The notes under the pieces were generated by a model that was given only the letters and a program-made list of their open reading frames with translations, ran no database searches and was not told the DNA's origin. Both the position numbers and the translations under genes were made by a program. This document shows, piece after piece, positions 24,946 through 35,491 of a stretch of DNA of 64,000 nucleotides. Source of the stretch: Scyliorhinus canicula (lineage: Eukaryota); the NCBI RefSeq assembly GCF_902713615.1, contig NC_052163.1, positions 100,184,622-100,248,621 of the forward strand. The letters run 5' to 3'. The stretch's first letter is position 1. Every line of letters begins with the position of its first letter.

Positions 24946-27900
24946 CATTTTTTAAAAAAATTTGTTTTTATTAAAGCTTTTTTCGATCAGAATGTTTACA
25001 TAACCAATAACAGAAAAATAAAAGGAAAATATTTAACAAAACTAGGTGGCTGTTATCATTATACAAAAAGAGAATATACATTAAATGAACAGTTCCCCAC
25101 CTAAGGCCCCCCCCCCCCCCCCATTGCTGCTGCTGCTGGCATTTTAACGCTCTCCTAGAAAGTCAAGGAACGGTTGCCACTGCCAGGAGAACCCCAGCAA
25201 GGACCCTCTCAAGGCAAACTTTATTCGCTCCAGGCTGAGGAACCCAGCCATATCATTAACCCAGGTCTCCACACTCGGGGGTTTCGAGTCTCTCCACATT
25301 AACAAGATCCATCTCCCGGCTACCAGGGAAGGAAAGGCCAAAACCTTGGCCTCTTTCGCTTTCTGCACTCCCGGATCCTCTGACACCCCAAAGATCACTA
25401 TTTCTGGACTCGGTTTCACCCGCGTGTCCAAAGTCCTGGACATAGTCTTCGCAAAGCCCTGCCAGAATTCTTTAAGCGCCGGGCATGCCCAGAACATATG
25501 GACATGGTTTGCTGGACTCCCTGAACATCTTGCACACCTGTCCTCCACCCCAAAGAACTTGCTCATTCTCGCCGTCGTCGTGTGTGCCCGATGTACCACC
25601 TTAAACTGAATTAAGCTGAGCCTGGCACATGATGAGGAGGAATTTACCTGCCCAGGGCATTAGCCCACAGGCCCTCATCCATCTCCTCGCCCAGCTCCTC
25701 CTTCCACTTGCCCTTCACTTCCTCCACTGGGTCTTCCTCCACCTCCTGCAGCTCCTGATATATGTCCGACACCTTCCCCTCTCCTACCCAGATACCAGAC
25801 ACTATCCTATCCTGTATCCTACGAGGGGGTAGCAACGGAAATGTCCCCACTTATTTTTTGAGAAAGTCGCAGACTTGGAGGTATCTGAAGACGTTTCCAG
25901 GGGGCAGGGCTGAATTTCTCCTCCAGCGCCTTCAAGCTAGGGAAAGTCCCATCTATGAACAGGTCTCCCATCCTTCTAATGCCTGCCCTGTGCCAGCTTT
26001 GAAACCCCCAGTCTATCTTGCCCGGAACAAATCTATGATTGTTCCGTATCGGGGTCCAAACTAGGGCCCCCTCCTCCTTCCTGTGCCTTCTCCACCGACC
26101 CCAGACCCTCAGTGCCTCTGTCACCACTGGACTTGTGGTGTATCGTGCCGGCGAGAACGGCAGCGGTGCCGTTACTAGTGCCCCTAGGCTGGTGCCTTTG
26201 CATGACGCCTCCTCTAGCCGCCCCCACGCTGACCCCTCCTCCATTACCCATTTCCTAATCATGGCTATATTAGCCGCCCAGTAGTAGCTACAGAGGTTCA
26301 GAAGCGCCAACACCCCCCCCCCCCCCCCCCCCCCCCCCACCACTTGCACTCCAAAAATGGTCTTTTAACTCGCGGGGTCTTGTTGGCCTACACAAATCCT
26401 GTGATAATCCTGTTCACCCGCTTGAAAAAGGATTTGGGGATGAAAATGGGGAGGCACTGAAAGACGAACAGGAATCTGGGAAGAACCGTCATCTTCACAG
26501 TCTGCACTCTTCCCGCCAGGGAAAGCGGGAGCATGTCCCACCTTTTAAAGTCTCCCTCCATCTGCTCTACAAGCCGAGATATATTGAGCCTGTGTAGGGC
26601 ATCCCAGTTCCTAGCTACCTGTATACCTAAATAACGAAAGCTCCTCGCCACCATCTTGAGCGGAAGCTCCCCCAGTCTCTCCTCCTGACCCCTAGCATGG
26701 ATTACAAACAGCTCATTTTTCCCCACGTTCAACGTGTACCCCGAGAAGCTCCCAAAGTCTCTTAGGATCCGCATGACCTCCCCCATCCCCTCTAGCGGGT
26801 CCGAAATATACAGTAGCAGGTCGTCTGCGTAAAGCGAAATCTGGTGCTCCTCCACCCCCCCACCTCCCCCCTCCGGACCAGCCACCTCCAGTTGCTTGAA
26901 GTCCTCAGCGCTATGGCCAACGGCTCAATTGCAAGGGCAAATAGTAGCGGGGATAGGGGGCACCCCTGCCTCGTCCCTCGGTGCAGCCTAAATTACTCTG
27001 ACCTCAGCCGGTTCGTGGATACACTCGCTACCGGGGCCTGATACAGTAACTTGACCCATCCTATGAATCCCTCACCGAATCCAAACCTACCTAACGCTTC
27101 CCACAGGTACTCCCATTCCACCCGGTCAAAGGCTTTCTCTACATCCATTGCAGCCACTACTTCTGCGTCCCCTCCTTCTGAGGGCATCATGTTAATGTTT
27201 AGGAGCCTCCTCACATTTGTGTTCAATTGCATGCCCTTGACGAAACCCGTCTGATCATCATCAATCACTCCCGGGACACAGTCCTCAATTCTAGTAGCCA
27301 AAACTTTAGCCAGCAGTTTGGCATCCATGTTCAGGAGCGATATCGGCCTGTAGGACCCACATTGAAGCGGATCTTTCTCCCTCTTCAGGGTGAGCGAGAT
27401 CAAAGCCTGCAACATCATCGGGGGGAGGGTTACTCTCTCCTTAGCCTCGTTAAAGGTTCTTAGCAGGAGTGGGCTCAGCAGCTCCGAGAATTTCTTATAG
27501 AATTCTACAGGGAAGCCATCCGGTCCCGGGGCCTTGCTCGACTGCATACTTTCTAGGCCCTTAACTATCTCCTCCAACTCAATCGGGGCCCCCAGTTGCT
27601 CCACCAGATCCTCGTCCACCCTTGGGAACCTCGATTGGTCCATAAATTGCTCCATCCCTTCACCTCCCACCGGGGGCTCTGACTCATACAGCTTACAATA
27701 AAACTCCTTGAAGACTTCATTGATCTTCTCTGGGCCCAAGACCATGTTGCCTGCCTTATCTCTAACTCCCCCAATCTCCCTGGCCGCCTCTCTCCTGCGA
27801 AGTTGGTGCGCCAGCATCCTACTTGCTTTCTCCCCACACTCAGACTGCCCCTTTCACCTTCCTCAGCTGTGCCTCCGCCTTCCCAGTGGTCAGCAGATAA

Positions 27901-30440
27901 AACTCCACCTGCAGTCTCCGGCGCTCCTTTAGCAGCCCCTCCTCGGGTGTCTCCGCGTACTTCCTGTCTACTCTGAGTATCTCTCCTACCAGCCTCTCCC
28001 TTTCTGCCCTCTCCCTCTTCTCTCTATGGGACCTAATAGAAATTAACTCCCCTCTAATAACTGCCTTCATAGCCTCCTAGACCGTTGTTGCTGTTACCTC
28101 CCCTGTATCGTTTGTTGTCACATAGTTTTGGATGATCCTCCTTATCCGCCCACACATCTCTTCATCCGCTAGCAGTCCCACATCTAGTCTCCAGAGAAGG
28201 CGCTGCCCTCCCTCCGCCCCTAGTCGCAAGTCCACCCAGTGCGGGGCATGGTCTGAGACCGCAATGGCTGAATACTCGACCCCGTCCACCCTTGGGATTA
28301 ACGCCCTGCTCAACACAAAAAGGTCAATCCGAGAGTACACTTTGTGAATGTGGGAGAAAAAAGAGAACTCCTTCGCCCTTGGCCGCACGAACCTCCACGG
28401 ATCCACACCCCCCATCTGGTCCATGAACTCCCTCAGGGCCTTGGCCGCTGCCGGTCTCTTTCCCAACCTGGACTTAGACTGGTTCAATGCCGGATCCAGG
28501 ACTGTGTTGAAGTCCCCCACCCATGATCAAATTACTTGACTCCAAGTCTGGGATTTTACCCAGCATGCGCCTCATGAATTCCACGTTGTCCCAGTTCGGG
28601 GCATAGACATTCACTAACACCACCCGAGCCCCCTGCAGCTTGCCACTCACCATAATGTACCTGCCCCCTTTGTCCGCCACAATACACCCTGCCTCAAATG
28701 CCACCCGTTTGCTAACCAGAATTGCCACCCCTCTGGTCTTTGAGTCTAGCCGCGAATGGAACACCTGGCCCACCCATCCCCTCCTCAACCTCGTTTGGTC
28801 AGCGAGTTTTAAATGCGTCTCCTGTAGCATGGCCATGTCCGCCTTTGATCCCTTTAGGTGCGAGAACACGCCGGCTCTCTTGACCGGCCCGTTCAGTCCC
28901 CTCACATTCCACATGATCAGCCTGGACCGGGAAGGGGGGGGGGGGGGGGGGGGGGTTGACCACACCCCCCTCCCCCACCGACTAGCCATCTCCCTTTTTC
29001 GGCCGCTCCAGACCTCCCACTGGAGGCCCCCCAACCTGACTCTCCATCGGTACCCAAAAGTTGGCTCCCCTTCAGTCAGCAAAGCAGCACCCCATCCCCC
29101 CCCCCCCCCCCCCCCAGGCTCCCACTCCCTCATGTCAAGCACACGCTTAGCACTGATTAACCCCCCCCCCCCATTACGCTTCCGTAAGTCAGCTGACCCA
29201 TGCTGACCCCGGCCGCTCCCGCCTCTATCCCCAATCTCACTGTTGTTTCCTCCTTTGGCCCCCAACCTCCCCTCCCCCACAAGGTAAGAGAGCGAGAGCC
29301 ATCCAAGTTCTTCTTGTGAAACAAGAAACACATCCCGGGCGTTACAAAAAAGACAAGCGAACAACTTAAATTCTATTACCAATCTTACATTCGGCCAACA
29401 CCCGGTTACACATTTCACCCGTTTCACCCACGTGCAGCTGTCCTTTGGTTCGAGTCCATTGTTTCATGCTGAATAAATGTCCACGCCTCGTCCGGCGTAT
29501 CGAAGTAGTGGTGCCTGTTCTGGTACGTTACCCAAAGTCTCACCAGATGCAGCAGCCCGAACTTCACCCCTTTGTTGTGGAGGACGCCTTAACCCGGTTG
29601 AAATACGCACACCTCTTAGCCAATTCAGTTCCCAGGTCCTGGTATATATGAATCTCGCAGTTCTCCCACTAACTGCTCCGCTCCTTCCTTGCCCAACACA
29701 AGACACGCTCCCTGTCTGTGAAGCGCTGGAACCTTATCACCATCTCCCTCTGTGGTTCGTTCGCCCTAGGTTTCTTCGCGAGGACTCTGTGCACCCCGTC
29801 CAGTTCCAAGGGCCGCGGGAAGGCCCCCATGCTCACCAGCGTCACCAGCATTGTAGTCACAAATGCGCTCGCGCCCGCCCCCTCCGCACCTTCAGGGAGG
29901 CCAGAATTCACAGGTTTTGTCTCCTAGACCTATATTCGAGGTCATCCAGTCTCTCCTGCCATCTCTTGTGCAGGGCCTCATGCGCAACCACCCTGACCGC
30001 CAAGCCCAAGATCTCATCCTCGTTGTCAGATAGCTTTCTCTCCACCTCTTTGATCGCCTTCTCCTGCACCTTCTGAGTCTCCACCATCCTTTCCATAGAG
30101 GCCTTCATAGGGGCCAGCATCTCCATCTTCAGCTCTGCGAAGCAGCTTCTTAGGAATTCCTACTGCTCTCTTGACCACTGGGCCCACGCTGCTTGGTCCG
30201 TGCCGGCCGCCATTTTGTCTTCACGGACCCGTTCCGCTCGCTTCCCCGCAATCGCTCTCTTGACGGCCCCACTCCTGGTCCCCTCCATGCAGCAGTGACG
30301 GGAACCTCTCCAGCGTCTCTTGCCCCACCGGGAATCACCGCCGAAGTGCCGATACAGCTCCGTTAGAGGGCCCAAATGTCTGTTCTCGGCGGGAGCTGCC
30401 GTGTGCGCGACCTATTCGGACATGGCCGCAACCGGAAGTG
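24946..30440 (-). mobile_element. Full-length (about 5.5 kb) L1-clade LINE, disrupted, antisense in the kinase intron
   Basis: 5' end cacttccggttg; ORF1 (RSRRQNL/GLPEGAEG); ORF2 endonuclease (WNVRGLNG, QETHL, SDHAP), RT (YADDLLL) and C-terminal CARC...HMFWAC; AATAAA at 24967-24972 (minus); 12-bp TSD agcaaagtaaaa at 24934-24945 and 30441-30452. Confidence 0.95.
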
Positions 30441-30681
30441 AGCAAAGTAAAATTAAAGTGATGATAATACCCTGCATTACAAATGTGAATTTTGGCATTG
30501 CTCTGGGGAGAAGCCATTTCTAGAATAGAAAAATGAAGCTGGTACCGGTGATAGCCTTGATACTGGGTGTGCCGGTATGAGTATTACAACCGACAGACTG
30601 TCCACTCCTCAGTGTTCTGATCTCTTCCTTCCCCGATTGCTTCATATTTTGCCTACCTAACGTTCCATTTTCCTTTTTCAG

Positions 30682-31416
30682 CATGAGAACAATGTGATCC
30701 ATCGGGATCTCAAGGCAGAAAATGTGTTCTACTCAGGTGCTAACTGTGTGAAAGTGGGTGACTTTGGCTTCAGTGCATTGTGTCCGCCGAATGAACCCTT
30801 AAACACTTGTTGCGGCTCCCCGCCCTATGCAGCCCCAGAACTATTTGGAGAAAAGAGCTACTTTGGTACCTATGTGGACATCTGGGCTCTGGGCATCCTG
30901 CTGTACTTCATGGTGACAGCAACCTTGCCTTTCCATGCAGAAAACATCAGGAAGCTGAAAAAGCGCGTTTTACTCGGATCATACACAATTCCAGGCTATG
31001 TGTCAGATCCCTGCCAGAAACTAATCCAAGGAATTCTTCAAACCATTCCAACAAACCGCTACACGCTGGCCAACATCCTGGAAAGCCCGTGGCTGGAGGG
31101 AATGGAATGTCCAGAGCCATTCCAACCATTCCACTTGAATCCAGCCCACCTGGCCAGCTCTCTATCTCTAAACGAAGAGGAAAACGAGGTGAAGAAAACG
31201 TTGAAAGGCCTGGGAATCACAGAGGAACACATCTGCAATAATCCTACCTGGAACTGCCTTAGTCCCATAACTGGGACTTACCGCATCATTCTCCATCGGA
31301 GCCAAAAGAGGCACAATTCAGAGGGTCCTATCGCTGCACAATCCAGGCTGACAGAAAGCAGAAAGAGACATTTCAAAGCACGCGTACAGACCTCTAGGCT
31401 GTGTCTGATTCTGTAA
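30682..31416 (+). CDS. NIM1K-like kinase, last coding exon
   Basis: ttttcag|CAT GAG AAC; [31 protein letters not shown]; NIM1K-type tail ([20 protein letters not shown]...[11 protein letters not shown]) ending CLIL-stop; spliced total 429 aa. Confidence 0.96.
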   Translation, partial: HENNVIHRDLKAENVFYSGANCVKVGDFGFSALCPPNEPLNTCCGSPPYAAPELFGEKSYFGTYVDIWALGILLYFMVTATLPFHAENIRKLKKRVLLGSYTIPGYVSDPCQKLIQGILQTIPTNRYTLANILESPWLEGMECPEPFQPFHLNPAHLASSLSLNEEENEVKKTLKGLGITEEHICNNPTWNCLSPITGTYRIILHRSQKRHNSEGPIAAQSRLTESRKRHFKARVQTSRLCLIL

Positions 31417-31884
31417 ACTCAGCACACGCACCAATGGCGTTCTGACAAGGTAGGAAATGTTGCAGCGGAAATGTTACCATTGCTGAGCATGGAGGTGGCT
31501 AATGATTCTATCACTGGGGTAAGAGAGCCAGATCAAAATGGCTATGCAGAAGTTCTGCCTGTCACAATCTTTATGAAACAAACACCCATGCAAAAGCATC
31601 TAAATGTCTACCTTTTGTCTGAAATCTTACCACATCTCTCACAAACACCCCAAAAACCTTTCAAATATTGTGCATTCACGAACAGTAACAACTATTATTT
31701 GCAGGCAGATGTTGTGGCCATTTTGCCCTAAGGAAGATTATGCAACAATTATTTTAGTAACTTTTGGGGAGGGTGGAATATTTGATTGGGACACCAGGAA
31801 AATTCCTTGCTCCTCTTCAGATAATGAGATAACAACTTTCACATTCACCCGAATTAGTCAAGCCGGAAGATGGGACTTTGAAAC

Positions 31885-32198
31885 AATAGAATCATAGAAT
31901 TTCTACAGTGCAGAGGCCATTTGGCCCATCATGTCTGCACTGACCCTCTGAAAGGCCCACTCCCCCACCTTATTATTCCCACCTAACCTACAGATCTTTG
32001 GACACCAAAAGACAATTTAGCATGGCCAATCCATCTAAACTGCACATCTTTGGACTGTGGGAGGAAACCGGAGCACCCGGAAGAAACCCACGCAGACACA
32101 GAGAAAGTGCAAACTCCACACAGCCAGTCACCCCAGGCCGGAATTGAACCCGGGTCCCTGCTGCTGTGAGGCAGCAGTGCTAACCACTGTGCCACCAA
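31885..32198 (-). mobile_element. HE1/V-SINE, CR1-tailed form
   Basis: Full reverse-complement consensus including the catagaa tail. Confidence 0.88.
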
Positions 32199-32406
32199 GC
32201 CCCCTTTAATCTACTGGGACAATATCTCATTGAAAGTTTGGAAGCACCTACAACAATCCAGCACTCCTTCAATACTGCTCAAATTAACACAACTTGAATT
32301 GCATAAATTTTAACTGAGTTACTTAAAAAAAGTTGCTTAGCATAACAATTATGAAAGTTTACAATTTTGAAAAGATGATTTAATTTGCTTCAGTACTGTA
32401 AAGCTA

Positions 32407-32599
32407 AGGGACGGCACGGTGGAGAACTGGTTAGTATTGCTGCCTCATGGTGCTGAAGGCCGGGTTCGATCCTGGCCCCGGGCCACTGTGCGTGTGACGT
32501 TTGCACTTGCTTCCCATGTCTGCGTGGGCTCTCCCCCACAAACCCAAAAATGCGCAGGGTAGGTAGATTGGCCAAAAAATTAAATACATTTTTAAAAAT
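32407..32599 (+). mobile_element. HE1/V-SINE, A-tailed form
   Basis: 15-bp TSD agtactgtaaagcta at 32392-32406 and 32600-32614. Confidence 0.85.
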
Positions 32600-32703
32600 A
32601 GTACTGTAAAGCTATATTTTCCTCTGAAAATTTGAGCAAAATATGAGATAATGAAGGAGGGATCCATTTGCAGACTTCTAAAAAGTGATGGGCTAGGCTT
32701 CTT

Positions 32704-34091
32704 TCACACCTCAGGTCCATTTGAAGGTGGTGACACAAATCACCTTCTTGCTCCTTTGACACTGCTCCTAGTTGAGGATGAGGTCGGAGAAATGCCCCCC
32801 GAAGATTCAAGGTGGCTACAACCTTCTATTGAAAGCTTTCCTTGTTCTCGTTCCATGCATAGCTTCCTCTCCGCTGCCTGTACTGTATTCCCTGTCTTAC
32901 TGCAGCTCAACAGGGCTGCTAATATATAACCCCGAGGGGGAGTGCAGGTTTTCTGCTTGGAGGTCTTGAACTGCCACTGAACTCCTTAGAAAAGTCCAGC
33001 ATGGTTACTTTCTGACTCCAACAAACCAGTAGACAGTTCTTCCAGTTCTTGCTGAGCAAGAAAATGTCAAAAGCTGCTCAACTGAAAGTCCGATGCTGAT
33101 TCTTTTAAATAAAGGGGAAAGAGGTGGTTAGCGTAGATGCGGAGTGGTCTGCCCACTCCCAGATCCTCTGACAAATATATGGCATTCCCACACCAGTCTA
33201 GTGGATTGACCACCATATTTAGCACTCCACGTTTCCATGGCAAAAAACACCAGCAGCACCGTGGAATTCAATTTTGTGGCCGCTATGTCAAGCACACACT
33301 GGTTATCTCTAATAAATACAACTTCTTTCTTTCCACAGTGCAGTCTTCCTTCAGCCAAACACAAAACATCTTGGATGCACCCATAATGAAGATTGGCTTT
33401 TTACTGATTACATCAGCATCTGGCAATGTAATATGCAGTGCGTAAAGATGACTAACATCATGGGCAGAATGTTGGATCAACCACCGCATGGTACGCTTCA
33501 TATTACCACCAGCAAGCCAACTATATAGTTGCAGAACTGTTTCAAAGTTCATTAGGCACTTAGATGTGATGATACAGATGGACGCAGGCAATAAACAAGA
33601 GCTGTAGATTCACTGCAGAACTTGCTTGAAGTGTAGCACCTGCAGAGAACAAACATGAATGCAAAGAAAGCATATCACAAAACTATTTGGTTTCTGGTTC
33701 AAGCCCAGTTGTGACAAATGAAATGTAATTGAAAGTAGAAAAGAGCTGATCAAATCCAATCCTATGCAGACTAGAATGGTACAAAGCATTGCTGTGGTGA
33801 AATAAACAATGCGTACAGCCCTAAATATAGCAATGCTGCAGCTTTGAAGAATGCAGATGTTTCCATCTTTGTATTGAATAAGGATCATTTCATGAAGGAC
33901 AATGGTCTCCATTAGAGTTGCACCACAGTCGCAGCATTATATCCCAAAATGAGATCCACATCATCACAAAAGGTTAGCAACACAAACAAGACTGAAGGCT
34001 GGTCCATAGAGGGTCTTGAATGAGCGGATCTGAGCGAGAACTAATTACTGGAGCGTTCCTCTGCTATTCCTTGCCGTTGCTTTCCAGACAT
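32704..34091 (-). pseudogene. Heavily decayed HMG-CoA synthase (HMGCS1-like) pseudogene
   Basis: By-eye colinear matches to remembered human HMGCS1 across frames: MSG/MPG, TVVQ, ETIV/ETII, GNICI/GNTDI, AIFRAV/AVFNAV, LLV..HGNV/LLV..NGNM, SAKYG/SSVYG, YANHLFPLYLKESA/LAATLYSLKVTQDA, PRGYI/PQGSI, terminal SNG. Many stops, frameshifts and deletions. Confidence 0.6.
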
Positions 34092-35382
34092 GCCCTACGA
34101 GTGCAGCTCTTTCTCTTTCTTTCCACCTCTTCATTAAGACCTCCAGTGGAGCATGTGAAAACCTTGATGTCCTCCAATGGGCAACCATTGTTGATTATTG
34201 CTGCGCGCGCAATTCCCACTGATCTCAGTAACTCCCACAGCTACAATGCTCCTTCCTTTGAAAAGGTGCAGCCAGTACAGGCCTGTTTTCAGCAGTACAG
34301 GCTAACTTTAAGCAGTACAGGTTAGCTTTAAGCAGTGCCAGGCAGCAACCATATTGGACTCCTGCTTAGAATGAGCAAGCAGCAGGAAATACACTACCTG
34401 CATTTCACTGTAAGGGTATGGGTTCATCACGATCCCTGATCAAGGGCTAATGAATTTAACTGCCATAGAGTCCGAAACAAAACTTGAAAGTTGAGAAAAA
34501 AATATTTCATAAGGGTTCCAGGAAAACTTCAGAAAAAAACTAAAGAACATCTGAAGCATTTCTGAAAGAAGCAGAGAATATGTAATTGGATCATAGATAA
34601 TGCTTAATGGTTTACAATGCCAAACCAAGAGAGAGGAAAGCAATAATGTTCATTATGAAGAGATAAAATGTGCTACATTATTTAAGAGGACTGAAGAAGA
34701 TGATAATCAAAGAAAGAAGACAACAAGTGTGGATGGTGACAATGAGCATGGAGAGCACTTCGCCCGGATCGATCAGGAGGAAGGCAAAGCTACTTCCACC
34801 AACCTATTAAGGGAAGGTGCCATAGGTTTAGGCTTTCATTTCGGATGTATCCTGGATTTTACAGTGTTATGTTGAATGTGAACTGTAAGTTTAATCTTGT
34901 TCACTGTCCACCATCCTGGATATTGAACATAGCTCTGTAATAATGAACGTAAGTTTTAAAAGAAACCCAGCAAAAAAAAAAACCCCGTCTAAGACTGTGA
35001 TACATTTAGGAATTATGTTCTTATTGTAATTCTTCATGCTTAACCTTACGGTGGCATTTGTTGTATTATGACAGGGATTGTTTAATTAATTAAAGTGGCG
35101 TTAATTCGTACATCTGTGTGTCTGGTTTTGACTGTGATGTCTTGCAAGCAGAGTACCTTTCATTGTATTCTGGTTGTGACGGGTTTGGGCTGGTGTACCT
35201 GTTAGGAAAACATTGACTAGACAGTGGAAGATGAATCAGAGACAAGCTCCGATTTGAAGATGCTGAACATGGACTTCACAAAACTAATATTTTCCAGATG
35301 ATATTCCTTACAAATTTTGTAGATTTACCATTCAATAATCTCACATAGTTCTTACAGTTCAGGTATGCACAACAATACTATC

Positions 35383-35470
35383 GTAACAAGTCTTACAACA
35401 CCAGGTTAAAGTCCAACAGGTTTGTTTCAAATCACTAGCTTTTGGACCACTGCTCTTTTCTCAGGTGAAT
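35383..35470 (-). mobile_element. Penelope-like terminal fragment with degenerate hammerhead motif
   Basis: Near-identical to the arm at 58888-58975 (aagtcttacaacaccaggttaaagtccaaca...ctcaggtgaatt). Confidence 0.75.
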
Positions 35471-35491
35471 TCTCATTTCATTTTCATTTTC

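Noticed and set aside
33120-33165. GVGRPLRIYANHL resembling the Argonaute N-terminal motif, and nearby CWCFLPW resembling TMEM267
   Set aside because: Isolated short matches with no supporting flanks; the colinear HMGCS interpretation explains the region better.
33137-33445. Fucosyltransferase remnant (FUT genes flank human NDUFA11)
   Set aside because: No FENS/DY.TEK motif in any frame examined.
34440-34875. Charged ORF 34600-34875 as an exon
   Set aside because: No recognisable homology or convincing splice sites; upstream frame has several stops.
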